Assembly (NCBI GenBank): GCA_051294375.1
Contig: CM119265.1
Coordinates: 4,161,025-4,225,024 of the forward strand
DNA: 64,000 bases
Source of the DNA: Paraspadella gotoi
Taxonomy: Eukaryota > Animalia > Chaetognatha
Reading direction: 5' to 3'
Shown: piece by piece, positions 1-13,100 of the stretch
How positions within the stretch are numbered: the stretch's first letter is position 1
Layout of the letters: each line of letters begins with the position of its first letter
Notes under the pieces: generated by a model
What the model was told of the DNA's origin: nothing
The model's database searches: none
What the model saw: only the letters and a program-made list of their open reading frames with translations
Position numbers and translations under genes: made by a program

Positions 1-347
1 AATTTTTGATTGGTTTTTACTTTAACAGCAAAATAAAAGCAATTTATGAATGGAGAAATTTAATGGTAATCAAAATTTCAATTTAATTTAATGCAAAAAA
101 ACTGTTATGCTCTTTAACTCTGATTTAAACAAAAGCTGTGTAAATGACGTGCCTCCGGCACCAATGGTCGCAGCATGAACGTTTAATAATTCGTTCATTT
201 AATTCATCACCCTGACTTCGGATAATTTCTCTTACCAAATGTTTTGAATTCTAAAATAATGAGAACCATTCAACCGGATATCTAATACATCCTAGCCCAT
301 CATCTTCGTCATCCTTTACCATCAAACAACATCCCCATCTTCTCCAG

Positions 348-1584
348 ATCGTGGACTCCTCCGTCTTCCCCTTCAAACTCCAGCATTCCGTCGATCGATC
401 GTCTTCAAGGAAATCGACTCCGCGTATTCCCGTCGCCCTTCGCCCGCGCACGATTTCTTGATCTGTCGGGCAACCGGTTGACCGACATCCCGATCCAGGA
501 TCTGAAGAAGATGTCTTCGCGGACGCGAAGAGTGTGGTGAGAAGGAGGAAGAGGAGGAAGAGGAAGAGGAGGAGGAGTCTTCGTATGAAGATTTATAAGA
601 TTGATTCTTTCTTGATTTTGCCCTGGCGTGTAAAATTTTTAGTAGTATGTATGTTTCGAAATTACTAATGATTACGTTCACAAGGAATAAAACTGTTATA
701 TATAGGCGTTTTTATTATATGTAGCGTTTTCCGATCAACTTATTGTATTATAAATAAATTGCCCCTGCTCGGGATTCGAACCCGATAAATCTGGCTCAAA
801 ATTCTTATATAAAGCTTTAAATAAGAATTTTGGAGCCAGATTTATCGGTTCGAATCCCGAGCAGGGGGCATTTATTTATAATACAATAAGTGATCGGAAA
901 CGCCTACATATCTAATAACTTATATTTTGGGAAGGGAAGTCAGTGTTGTCTTCTGGAAATATGAATACTTAATATTCTCGTAATATACTTTCTCCCCTTC
1001 TCCGCAGCTTCTCGCCAACAACCTTTCGAAAGCCTCCCCGGCGGCTTCAGACTCTCACGCGCCTCCCGGACTCTCGATCTCAGCAACAACGCGATCTCTT
1101 CGTGCCCAAATGGCTCGTCGACGCTCTCCGAGCGGATCTGAAGCACGCTGCGGAGCTTTAAACTCGTCAACAACTATCTAGCCTGTCGACGAGACGAATC
1201 GGGGATGTACAACTGTGGAACTGTTGAAGGAAGACCCCGGGGTATTCGGTGAGCCGGAGGAGTCGACGAGGACGTTCGAACGACGGCGAGGGTCACGTGT
1301 TTCCAACCGCCAGAGTTGATGATGGGCGACCGCTTGGGAGGCTGAAGTTGCGTCACTGGGAGCTGCGACGAGGCGGTGGAGCGACGGACTGTTTGAGCAG
1401 GCTGAGGAGGGGACGAAGAGGAGGGAGGCGGGAGGAGGAGTAGGAGGAGGAAGCAGGAGGAGGAGGAGTGGCGCAGGAACGAGCGGAGAGCGGAAGGCGA
1501 TGGTTAAGGGAAAGTATTGAATATATCGTCCTTCGTTTTAATTACTTTAATTATTAACTCTTAATAAACCGCTTTTTAAATTGA
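348..1584 (+). pseudogene. Frameshifted duplicate of the last two LRR-gene exons (348-~536, 1008-1584)
   Basis: Same sequence and splice acceptors as exons 7517-7705 and 8189-8764, but with many 1-nt indels. Either a pseudogenised paralog or an error-rich redundant assembly copy. Confidence 0.75.
717..911. repeat. ~200-bp intronic palindrome (copy A)
   Basis: Arms atatgtag..ccgatcaacttattg..ctgctcgggattcgaacccg..aaattcttat and their reverse complement are centred on aagctt. Confidence 0.9.
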
Positions 1585-1589
1585 TTAAA

Positions 1590-2164
1590 TAAGCGTAGCA
1601 AAATATTAAAATCAAGCAGAATCAAATTCGAATAGTAGTCATGAACATTTTTAATAATTTTATTTTTATTTTATTTTTCAATTATCGCATACGCCCATAT
1701 TAAACATAGTGTTCTACCATAGTGTTTACATAGTGTTCTACCATAGAAAATGCTAAAATTTTAAAATGTTTTTTCCTAATTTGGAAAGCAGATTCGAATT
1801 CCTCACGAAAGTTTATAAATCTCATCCGTGGCATAAATAAAATACGTGTATATAACGCTAATTCCTTTTTGAATGTTTGTTAATTTATCCTTGCCACTGT
1901 ATTTATTTGATTAACACTTATACTTTTCTTTTATCAACTTTATATGAGGAATCTCAATCTCGCAAATCTTGAAACAAATAATAAAAATATTTTATAACAT
2001 ATTCTGCTATAATTTCTAATTTTGAAATTTTCTAGGTAGTACTATGTATAAATATGGTGTATGCGAAAATTGATAAATTAAAAAAATACGTATCAATGCT
2101 CTTTAGTACAAGACTGTTCATAAACAAATATTCGAATTTTGATCTGCAACTTTCATTACGCCGT
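1590..2164. mobile_element. Degenerate MITE related to the hAT MITE at 31578 (copy A)
   Basis: Imperfect long inverted ends (cgcatacgcccatatt / aatatggtgtatgcg; taagcgtag / ttacgccg). Internal 'gcagattcgaattcctc' resembles the 31578 element. No clean TSD. Confidence 0.55.
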
Positions 2165-5100
2165 AATGTATATCGTAAATCAAAATGTCTGAAAGGATTT
2201 AGCAAAAGCCTTAATAAATCTACAAATAAATACGAATGTCTTAGTTTCTTTTTCATAAACTCTTTGAGTAGTTAATTAGATTATAAAAAAATGATTCATT
2301 CATTTGTTTGTTCATTCATTCCTTCATTCCATTCATATTTATTTTGGCTCTCTCTCTCTCTCTCTTGCCATGAGCGGAGTCCACTGAGAAAAAATTGACA
2401 TGAAGGCATCAAAAAGTTCATGAAGTTCTCCAACGAACCCGAAATCAAGCAGTACTTGATGCGATCGGACGGGATAAGTTATCAGCCACTATTGAACGAA
2501 AGCTTCAAAGAAGAGAATTTTTAACCTTGTAAAGCACACAGAAGTTTTCAGAGAATATATTGCAAAAATAAGGAAAGGAGAACGCACATCAACATCAATC
2601 TATTCTAGACTCAATTTTATGAGAAGGCAATATTGATATTAGGGAATGCCTCTTATGTGTTATTTTAAGATGAATCATTGTTGCGTCGCACCTCATTAGT
2701 AATTACTGAGAATTAGTTTTATGAGTTTCTATTTTTTATTTCCTTTTTTGAATACTAATATATTTAGTATATACATACTCTGAAAAGGTATCCTAACCGG
2801 AAGTAAAGTCACGAGAAAGCGGGAAAATATATATTGACGTCAGGAAAATCTGTCGAGCGACAAATCACGAGGGTAGAAAAGGGAGAAACTAGTAGGAGAA
2901 GAAAGAAAGGTGAACTGAATCTCGTGAACGCGCCCCGAATCCTGGGAGGAGGATGAAGAGGAGGTGAATGAGAAGGAGAGGGGTAATAGACCCGCGTCTG
3001 TCCTATTATCTTTTATACTGGGCCCCTCTCTTGACTCAAGATGGCGTATCAGGCCTGAATGGCGTGAGACGTCATCGTGGTGGTGCGTAGGAGAATGCCT
3101 AACCATGCTGAGATCGTGAATATGAGTGAGGGGATAAAGAAGAGAATGGGTTTGGGTAGGGGTACAGGTCATCAGATAAAACAAATCAAATTGGAGGGGG
3201 CCACAATCTTAATAAGAAACAGTGGGTTGGCGATGATATTTGAAGCAAGGTGATTAAGTTGTATTTGTTTGTGGTGATAATTCGGCGATGTGGGTGGGGG
3301 AGAACTTAAAAAACAAGACAGATGGAGTCGGAGAATGGTGATATATCATGGTGATTAATATTGGTGATTAGTTTCAATTCATTTGTTAGATGTATTGATG
3401 ATTATTGTAATTTACAATTTCACAGATGTCTAAGGTTCAACTTCATTTTTGATTGCTAAAGTCACTTCTACTATTGAGGAGGCATTGAATTATTACAATG
3501 GCTATTTCCCAGCTCATTTAATGATACTGGTTCCCCAAACAATATAAGCAAAATATTTTTCTGTACTCCTAATCACTATCTCACGTCTAAATATCCTTGT
3601 TTGTTCACTCAAATAAAATTTATGTTCCCCAGTGCGCCACTCTAATGTATAAATATGGGCGTATGCGAAAATTTAAAAAAAAAATTATTTAAAAATGTTC
3701 ATGTTCGAATTTTGCATTCTACTTGATTATAATTTTTTGTACGCTTTAATGTTCATTATTCAATACCAACGTATCACGACAATCAACGGTGAAGCTTGGT
3801 ATCGTGACACTCACAAATGGCGGCCTTAATCCGCAGCCGCCGCCGTCGCGCGCCGCCGCCGTAGATCTCTTCCCTCTCCCAGATGCTCATCCATCTCTGC
3901 CAACCGCAAAAGCGAATCCCGGATGTTGTCGTCCAAATTACGTTTGCGTCCTTCCGATTTTGCCATTCCTGTAATGCCATCTTCGTTGCCATATTCGAAG
4001 GTGGCATTTTCCAAAGCGCCCGTCCGATATTTGGAAAGTATGATTATCGGATTTTCAATTCAGGGAGCAACATGTAATTATCACTTTTAAGTAACCATGT
4101 TTTTTTCTTTCTTTTTTTTGCAATATTGCGACTAGTTTCCATTTTATTGCCTAAAAACCAATTTTAGTTAAGTATTTATGACATATTTTTCCCTCTAAGC
4201 TCATTAATTTCCCATCAATTTTTTATATTATCTTGTTCTTTTTTCATACGACATGATGCCTTTTGCTTTTTTTTTTTTCGGTCATTTTTTTCCTAATTTT
4301 CCGCCCTCTGTTTACGTTTCGCCGTTACCAATTTTACTGTCATATTTTTCATTTTTCTGGGTCAAAATCAACTCTTCAGGTTCATTGACCTTTTTCTTTC
4401 CCTCTTCCATTTTTCACGACAAATGACTCCCGTTTTCCTTGATCAAAAATAGGTTTCAACACCCTAGTGGTTGCTCTCTTGAAGGATTTCTGGCACACCT
4501 TTGACAAGATCATTGATTGCATCCTTTTTTATGCCTACCCGTATTGTGCCAAGATGTACTACCGGCAACGGGGGACATGTATGATGCCTAAGGTATTTCC
4601 GACACGGCCCTCAGGGCTTTGAACCTCAAGTAACCACCCCATGTCACCTGCGTGTCTTATGCCGACACCATCACACTTCTAACCAGCCGTGACCGTGAGG
4701 GATTGAATCCGGATCTCATGGTTGATGAACGTACTTAGATCTGTTCAAGCTAATGGGACGAGCTGAGATTACACAGCTATGCGGGAGGCAAAGTAGATTC
4801 GCCACACTACTATAATTTTGAATTTTTTGGCACACCCTAATTTCCCCCCCGTTAACTCTCGCCGTGATCCGATTTCCATCGAACAATTTCCGTTCGTTCG
4901 ATTTCGCGCTGACGCAACTTTTTGTTTTCTCGCTCACCTTTCCACCGCGTCGCGTCTGCAGCATTTTAGTGCAGCATCGACGGCAGCTGCATCCGCTGCA
5001 GAATTTGCCACCGCGGTCGCCGGTTACGTCGAATCTGACTCTCGTTCTACCAAACGTCAAAAACGAAAAATTCGATCTAAAATTTATTTAAACAAATATT

Positions 5101-6096
5101 AAAATCAGTTAAAAAATATATAATATTTATCAGAATTATTTTATTAGCAGTTTTTTTATTGTTTTTAGCTGAACATTCTCGCATGATAATATTCATCATT
5201 TCTTGTATTAAAAATGAATCGGTCTCCAACCCTCTCCATCTCTACCTTTCTAATGAATCCAGTCTCCACCCTCTCCATCTCTATCTTTCTAAACTTTTAG
5301 CTTCTTATTTATTTGTTTACTCTTTCCGTTTGTTTATGTTTTCGTCGATTGATTTCGGCCACCCGACGCTTTATTAGAATATTCGTCGCCAGCCTCTTTC
5401 TCTCTCTCTGTTCTCATTTCTCTCTCTCCGTCTCTCTCTCTTTTGTTTATTTATTCATCCACGTTCGACTTTCCTCCCATCACACGAGGCTGTTTTTAAG
5501 TTCTTTGAAATGATATTCTCAGGAGATAAAATAGTCTTCGTGAGACAGATCTCTCTCTGACTCAATATAGATTCAGAAACTTTCTGATTTTTTAAAAATT
5601 AAATAAGTTTTTGAGTAGATATCTTTAATTAAAAATGTCATATATTTTTTTCCTAGATAGTAAGCAGTCCCTGAGCTTCACATCAGGCTGTACATCGTGT
5701 TACAGGTGCGTTAAGCGCCCCATCCCTCTTAACTGCTAAGCGACCACCGGGCTAGAACCCTGGACCTTTGGGTTTTTTGTCGTAGGTAGATATTATAACA
5801 GTAATTAATTCCTCCCAGCTAGACCAGCCTAAATAAACTGATTCTCTGGCCAGTTGGCAATTTTCATCTCTAAATCTAAATCTCTAAATCTCATCTCTAA
5901 ATCTAAATCTAAATCACAATTCTCATCTTTAAATCTAAATCTCTAAATCCAATGTCCAAAGTTCTTCAATTTCAACTTATCTCAATCCAAATTTCTCTTG
6001 CCCCCCAAAAATACTACTCCAACCACAACACATAACTTGGCTAAAGTCCACTCTCTTTCCCAACCGCCAAACCCTTTCTCCCTCCCCCCTCGACAG

Positions 6097-6253
6097 ATTC
6101 CTCCGCAAAATTGAGGAAGACGCTTTGGCGTCGCAGGCTGCGACGCTGACGGCGCTGCGGATGGAGGGAACCGGGTTAGCCGCAGTGCCAACGGGCGCCT
6201 TGATGAAGCTGGACTCTCTGAAGGAGTTTGACTTTTCGCGACACAAAATCGAG
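6097..6253 (+). CDS. Extracellular LRR protein, internal exon (FLRKIEEDALASQAATLTALRMEGTGLAAVPTGALMKLDSLKEFDFSRHKIE)
   Basis: Polypyrimidine tract + cag acceptor, GAG|gtgag donor, and an LxxLxLxxN-like LRR pattern. Splices in phase 0 to 7517. Confidence 0.8.
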
Positions 6254-7516
6254 GTGAGGAGTGGATGTGTTTGGGCGAGCTGTCTGTATAAGATACAATG
6301 AAAAATGGCGTAACGTTACGGTCCACGCATAAAAAAAATTCACTGTTCAATATTATTTTTTTTTTTTTGAAACGTTATAGTTTCATATGTTGTTATACAA
6401 AAACAATGCAAAACTTTTTTTTGTTTTTAGATATGACTGAATATAGGGTGAAGATGATAAATTCTTTTAAAAAGTTACTTATTCATATTTATTCATAGAA
6501 TTGTAATAGAAAAAAAAATAATATTACCAATAGTTAGTGTTATGTCCCAAATAGATGAAAAAAAAACCTTATTTAAAATTCGATCGGGAAGTGGGTAACT
6601 AAGGCTTACCAATGGATCCTCCACGCGATTTGTTTCTCTCAAATTAATTTTTTTATTTAATACATTTGAAGAGAAAAAAAGAAAATTCGGAATGCAGGTT
6701 GCCAGAAAGGGTACAGATAATCTGGACATACTGACATGATAAATCATGACCTTTTATATCTTGTGAAATGGGGGCAGTAAAGAAATATAAAAAAATTCGA
6801 TCATTAAGTCAGTCAATGAACCCTTTCCAATGGGCTATTACGATAAATATTTTTTCTAAATAAAAATGGATGATAAATAATAGAATTAAATTCCTTGTTA
6901 TATTTAAAAGAAAATTATCAATACAATTTAACACAATGATGTCTTGTTTTGTCAAATATGTTGCCAGCTATATAATTTTTTAAAATTTTATCATGATAAA
7001 CAAGCAGTGTGTCAAGCTTTTTGTTTGCAGTTGAAGATAATGAAAAATGACGATTTTTTTTTCACAGACAAGAAGGTAGACATCCAGACTGTTTATATCA
7101 AGCTGAAAACATTTTTATATTTATCATTTTTCTTATTTAAAAAGAAATTTTATCACGCTACTACATAAATTTTTGATTGGTTTTTACTTTAACAGAAAAA
7201 TAAAAGCAATTTTATGAAATGGAGAAAATTTAATGGTAATCAAAATTTAATTTAATTTAATGCAAAAAACTGTTATGCTTTTAACTCTGATTTAAACAAA
7301 AGCTGTGTAAATGACGTGCCTCCGGCACCAATGGTCGCAGATGAACGTTTAATAATTCGTTCATTTAATTCATCACCCTGACTTCGGATAATTTCTCTTA
7401 CCAAATGTTTTGAATTCTAAAATAATGAGAACCATTCAACCGAGATATCTAAATACATCCTCCCCATCATCTTCGTCATCCTTTACCATCAAAACAACAT
7501 CCCCATCTTCCTCCAG

Positions 7517-7705
7517 ATCGTGGACTCCTCCGTCTTCCCCATCAAACTCCAGCATTCCGTCGATCGGATCGTCTTCAAGGGAAATCGACTCCGCGTATTC
7601 CCGTCGCCCTTCGCCCGCGCACGATTTCTTGATCTGTCGGGCAACCGGTTGACCGACATCCCGATCCAGGATCTGAAGAAGATGTCTTCGCGGACGGAAG
7701 AGTTG
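7517..7705 (+). CDS. LRR protein, internal exon (IVDSSVFPIKLQHSVDRIVFKGNRLRVFPSPFARARFLDLSGNRLTDIPIQDLKKMSSRTEEL)
   Basis: ctccag acceptor, TTG|gtgag donor, canonical LRR 'FLDLSGNRLTDIP'. Confidence 0.88.
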
Positions 7706-7888
7706 GTGAGAAGGAGGAAGAGGAGGAAGAGGAAGAGGAGGAGGAGTCTTCGTATGAAGATTTTAATAAGAATTTGCTTTTTCTTGATTTTGCCCTGGCG
7801 TGTAAAATATTTTAGTAGTATGTATGTTTCGAATTACTAATGATTACGTTCACAAGGAATAAAACTGTTATATATAGGCGTTTTTATT

Positions 7889-8088
7889 ATATGTAGGCGT
7901 TTCCGATCAACTTATTGTATTATAAATAAATTGCCCCCTGCTCGGGATTCGAACCCGATAAATCTGGCTCCAAAATTCTTATATAAAGCTTTAAATAAGA
8001 ATTTTGGAGCCAGATTTATCGGGTTCGAATCCCGAGCAGGGGGCAATTTATTTATAATACAATAAGTTGATCGGAAACGCCTACATAT
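7889..8088. repeat. 200-bp near-perfect palindrome in an LRR-gene intron (foldback/MITE-like; each arm has a tRNA T-arm/B-box GGGTTCGAATCCC)
   Basis: Two ~100-bp arms are reverse complements with about one mismatch near the aagctt centre and no loop. Confidence 0.92.
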
Positions 8089-8188
8089 CTAATAACTTAT
8101 TTTGGGAAGGGGAAGTCAGTGTTGTCTTCTGGAAATACTGAATACTTAATAATTCTCGTAATATTACTTTCTTCCCCCTTCTCCGCAG

Positions 8189-8764
8189 CTTCTCGCCAAC
8201 AACCTCTTCGAAAGCCTCCCCGGCGGCCTTCAGACTCTCACGCGCCTCCGGACTCTCGATCTCAGCAACAACCGGATCTCTTCGGTGCCCAAATGGCTCG
8301 TCGACGCTCTCCGAGCGGATCTGAAGCACCTGCGGAGCTTTAAACTCGTCAACAACTATCTAGCCTGTCGACGAGACGATCCGGGGATGTACAAACTGTG
8401 GAACTGGTTGAAGGAAGACCCCGGGGTATTCGGTGAGCCGGAGGAGTCGACGAGGACGTCGAACGACGGCGAGAGGGTCACGTGTTTCCAACCGCCAGAG
8501 TTGATGGGGCGACCGCTTGGGGAGCTGAAGTTGCGTCACTGGAGCTGCGACGAGGCGGTGGAGCGACGGCTGTTTGAGCAGGCTGAGGAGGGGACGAAGA
8601 GGAGGGAGGCGGGAGGAGGAGTAGGAGGAGGAGCAGGAGGAGGAGGAGTGGCGCAGGAACGAGCGGAGAGCGGAAGCGAGATGGTTAAGGGAAAGTTTGA
8701 ATATATCGTCTTCGTTTTAATTACTTTAATTATTAACTCTTTAATAAACCGCTTTTTAAATTGA
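8189..8764 (+). CDS. LRR protein, terminal exon: LRRs, LRR-CT cysteine cap, Gly-rich linker, hydrophobic C-terminus
   Basis: ccgcag acceptor. Translation reads LLANNLFESLPGGLQTLTRLRTLDLSNNRISSVP...NNYLACRRD...LWNWL...VTCFQPPELMGRPL...WSC, ending FEYIVFVLITLIINSLINRFLN-stop. Confidence 0.9.
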   Translation, partial: LLANNLFESLPGGLQTLTRLRTLDLSNNRISSVPKWLVDALRADLKHLRSFKLVNNYLACRRDDPGMYKLWNWLKEDPGVFGEPEESTRTSNDGERVTCFQPPELMGRPLGELKLRHWSCDEAVERRLFEQAEEGTKRREAGGGVGGGAGGGGVAQERAESGSEMVKGKFEYIVFVLITLIINSLINRFLN

Positions 8765-8769
8765 TTAAA

Positions 8770-9377
8770 TAAGCGTAGCAAAAATATTAAAATCAAGCAG
8801 AATCAAAATTCGAATAGTAGATCATGAACATTTTTAAATAATTTTTATTTTTATTTTTATTTTTCAATTATCGCATACGCCCATATTAATACATAGTGTT
8901 CTACCATAGTGTTTACATAGTGTTCTACCATAGAAAATGCTAAAATTTTAAAATGTTTTTTCCTAATTTGGAAAGCAGATTCGAATTCCTCACGAAAAGT
9001 TTATAAAAGGAAATATAACTCTTTTTAGAAATTTATTTCATTAAGTGGGTCAAAATCATAAAAACTGTTATAGTTAACCTATAATTTAAATTTAGTATAG
9101 AAAATATAGTTTTTTTTAATTTTTAGCAAACTTAATGAAATAATTTTTGATTAAAACTTATATTTTCTTTTATCAACTTTTAATGAGGAATTCGAATCTG
9201 AAACTAAAAAAAATAAACTATTTTTAAATTTTGAAATTTTCTATGGTAAGTACTATGTATAAATATGGGTGTATGCGAAAATTGATAAATTAAAAAAAAT
9301 ACGTATCAATGCTCTTTAGTACAAGACTGTTCATAAACAAATATTCGAATTTTGATCTGCAACTTTCATTACGCCGT
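8770..9377. mobile_element. Degenerate hAT-type MITE (copy B) immediately after the LRR stop codon
   Basis: Inverted ends as at 1590-2164. Its interior resembles the 31578-32177 MITE (atttcattaagtgggt, ttttatcaactttt). Confidence 0.6.
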
Positions 9378-10103
9378 AATGTATATCGTAAATCAAAATG
9401 TCTGAAAGGATTCTGCAAAAGCCTTAATAAATCTACAAATAAATACGAATGTCTTAGTTTCTTTTTTCATAAACTCTTTGAGTAGTTAATGTAGAATTAT
9501 AAAAAAATGATTCATTCATTTGTTTGTTCATTCATTCCTTCATTCATTCATATTTTTTGGCTCTCTCTCTCTCTCTCTTGCCATGAGCGGAGTCCACTGA
9601 GAAAAAATTGACATGAAAGGCATCAAAAAGTTCATGAAAGTTCTCCAACGAACCGAAAATCAAGCAGTACTTGATGCGATCGGACGGGATAAGTTATCAG
9701 CCACTTTGAACGAAAGCTCAAAGAAGAGAATTTTTAACCTTGTAAAGCACACAGAAGTTTTCAGAGAATATATTGCAAAAATAAGGAAAAGGGACGCACA
9801 TCAACATCAATCTATTCTAGACTCAATTTTATGAGAAGGCAATATTGATATTAGGGAATGCCTTATGTGTTATTTTAAGATGAATCATTGTTGCGTCGCA
9901 CCTCATTAGTAATTACTTGAGAATTAAGTATTTATGGAGTTTCTATTTTTTATTTCCTTTTTTGAATACTAATATTTTAGTATATACATACTCTGAAAAG
10001 GTATCCTAACCGGAAGTAAAGTCACGAGAAAGCGGGAAAATATATATTGACGTCAGGAAAATCTGTACGGCGACAAAATCACGAGGGTAGAAAAGGGGAG
10101 AAA

Positions 10104-13100
10104 CTAGTAGGAGAAGAAAGAAAGGTGAACTGAATCTCGTGAACGCGGCCCCGAATCCCTGGGAGGAGGATGAAGAGGAGGTGAATGAGAAGGAGAGGGG
10201 TAATAGACCCGCGTCTGTCTATTATCTTTTATACTGGGCCCCTCTCTTGACTCAAGATGGCGTATCAGGCCTTGAATGGCGTGAGACGTCATCGTGGTGG
10301 TGCGTAGTGAGAATGCCTAACCATGCTGAGATCGTGAATATGAGGAGGGGATAAAGAAGAGAATGGGTTTGGGTAGGGGGTACAGGTCATCAGATAAAAC
10401 AAATCAAATTGGAGGGGGGCCACAATCTTAATAAGAAACAGGTGGGGTTGGCGATGATATTTGAAGCAAGGTGATTAAAGTTTGTATTTGTTTGTGGTGA
10501 TAATTCGGCGATGTGGGTGAGGGGGAGAACTTAAAAAACAAGACGATGGAGTCGGAGTGGTGATATATCATGGTGATTAATATTGGTGATTAGTTTCAAT
10601 TCATTTGTTAGATGATATTGATGATTATTGTAATTTACAATTTCACAGTGTCTAAGGTTCAACTTCATGTTTTGATTGCTAAAAGTCACTTCTACTATTG
10701 AGGAGGCATGAATTATTACAATGGCTATTTTCCCAGCATCATTAATGATACTGTTCCCCAAACAATATAAGCAAAATATTTTTTGTACTCCTTAATCATA
10801 CTATCTCACGTCTAAATATCCTTGTTTGTTCACTCAAATAAAATTTATGTTCCCCAGTGCGCCACTCTAATGTATAAATATGGGCGTATGCGAAAATTTA
10901 AAAAAAAAATTATTTAAAAATGTTCATGGTTCGAATTTTGATTCTACTTGATTATAATATTTTTGTACGCTTTAATGTTCATTATTCAATTACCAACGTA
11001 TCACGACAATCAACGGTGAAGCTTCGTATCGTGACACTCACAAATGGCGGCCTTAATCCGCAGCCGCCGCCGTCGCCGCCGCCGCCGCCGTAGATCTCTT
11101 CCCCTCTCCCAGATGCTCATCCATCTCTGCCAACCGCAAAAGCGAATCCCGGATGTTGTCGTCCCAAAATTACGTCTTGCGTCCTTCCGATTTTGCCATT
11201 CCTGTAATGCCATCTTCGTTGCCATATTCGAAGGTGGCATTTTCCAAAGCGCCGTCCGATATTTGGAAAGTATGATTATCGGATTTCAATTCAAGGGAGC
11301 AACATGTAATAATCACTTTTAAGTAACCATGTTTTTTTCTTTCTTTTTTTTGCAATATTGCGACTAGTTTCCATTTTATTGCCTAAAAACCAATTTTAGT
11401 TAAGTATTTATGACATATTTTTCCCTCTAACCTCATTAATTTCCCATCAATTTTTTTATATAATATCTTGTTCTTTTTCATACGACATTGATGCCTTTTG
11501 CTTTTTTTTTTCCGGTCATTTTTTTCCTAATTTTCCGCCTCTGTTACGTTTCGCCGTTACCAATTTTACTGTCATATTTTTCATTTTTCTGGGTCAAAAT
11601 CACTTTCAGTTCATTTTTGACCTTTTTCTTTTCCCTCTTCCATTTTTCACGACAAATGACTCCCGTTTTCCTGATCAAAATAGGTTCAACACCCTAGTGG
11701 TTGCCTCTCTTGAAGGATTTCTGGCACACCTTTGACAAGATCATTGATTGACATCCTTTTTTATGCCTACCCGTATTGTGCCAGATGTACTACGGCAACG
11801 AGGGGACATGTATGATGCCTGGGGTGTAAGGCATCTCCCGACAGCTGGCGCTCAGGGCTTTGAACCTCAAGTAACCACCCCATGTCACCTGCGTGTTTAT
11901 GCCGACACCATCACACTTTAACCAGCGTGACCGTGAGGGGATTGAATCCGGATCTCATGGTTGATGAACGAGTACTTAGATGTTCAAGCTAATGGGACGA
12001 GCTGAGATTTACACAGCTATGCGGGAGGCAAATTTAGGATTCGCCACACTACTATAATTTTGAAATTTTTTGGCACACCCTAATGTCCCCCCCCTTAACT
12101 CTCGCCGTGATCCGATTTTTCCATCGAACAATTTCCGTTCGTTCGATTTTCGCGCTGACGCAACGTTTTTGTTTTCTCGCTCACCTTTCCACGCGTCGCG
12201 TCTGCAGCATTTAGTGCAGCATCGACGGCAGCTGCATCCGCTGCAGAATTTGCCACCGCGGTCGCCGGTTACGTCGAATCGTGACTCTCGTTCCACCAAA
12301 CGTCAAAAACGAAAAATTCGATCTAAAATTTATTTAAACAAATTTAAAATCAGTTTAAAAAATAATATAATTTTATCAGAATTATTTTATTAGCAGTTTT
12401 TTTATTGTTTTTAGCTGAACATTCTCGCATGATAATATTCATCATTTCTTGTATTAAAAATGAATCGGTCTCCAACCCTCTCCATCTCTATCTTTCTAAA
12501 TGAATCGGTCTCCAACCCTCTCCATCTCTATCTTTCTAAAACTTTTAGCTTCTTATTTATTTGTTTACTCTTTCCAGTTTGTTTATGTTTTCGTCGATTG
12601 ATTTCGGCCACCCGACGCTTTATTAGAATATCGTCGCCAGCCTCTCTCTCTCTCTCTGTCTCTTTCTCTCTCTCTCTCTCTCTGTTTTGTTTATTTATTC
12701 ATCCACGTTCGGACTTTCCTCCCATCACACGAGGCGTTTTTAAGTTTTTGATGAATTCTCAGGAGATAAAAATAGTCTTCGTGAGACAGAGACAGAGAAA
12801 GGAAAAAGAAAAAAAGAAAAACAGAGAGAAAAAACGAAAAATGCATATGAAACCAGAAAGTGTGAGTTTGTGACTTCTTGTGAGAACTTGCATCCAAGAA
12901 ATTCACTGGAAGACCTTTTTTTTGGTCGTTTTTGGTTTCATAGTTTATACTCTATTTACTTAAACGGTTTTTGTGAAAGACCCAGGCGTTATTCATGGAA
13001 CTTTCTTACGACTTTCGGATTCTCTTCCAAAATTTTGCTTTTTTTACTTTTTTATATCAACGACGTTTTGGGGTGTAAAATTTTATTTCTATTTTCGCGC

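Larger units (their letters stand above)
1..5548 (+). repeat. Copy A of a ~7.2-kb-period tandem segmental duplication (matches 7168-12790)
   Basis: Position 1 'aatttttgattggtttttac' recurs at 7168. Colinear near-identity (mostly indels) continues to 'gtcttcgtgagacaga' at ~5548 and ~12790, where the copies diverge. Confidence 0.95.
7168..12790 (+). repeat. Copy B of the tandem segmental duplication
   Basis: Colinear with 1-5548. This copy keeps the LRR reading frames intact. Confidence 0.95.

Noticed and set aside
4460-4800. tRNA-derived SINE remnant (minus-strand GGTTCAAAGCCC; similar motif at ~5745-5770)
   Set aside because: Only a weak B-box-like match. No A-box, tail, TSD or independent copy was identified.
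7935-8045. tRNA gene suggested by GGGTTCGAATCCC (also ~26805)
   Set aside because: Only a T-arm/B-box is present. No D-arm, anticodon arm or acceptor stem could be built.
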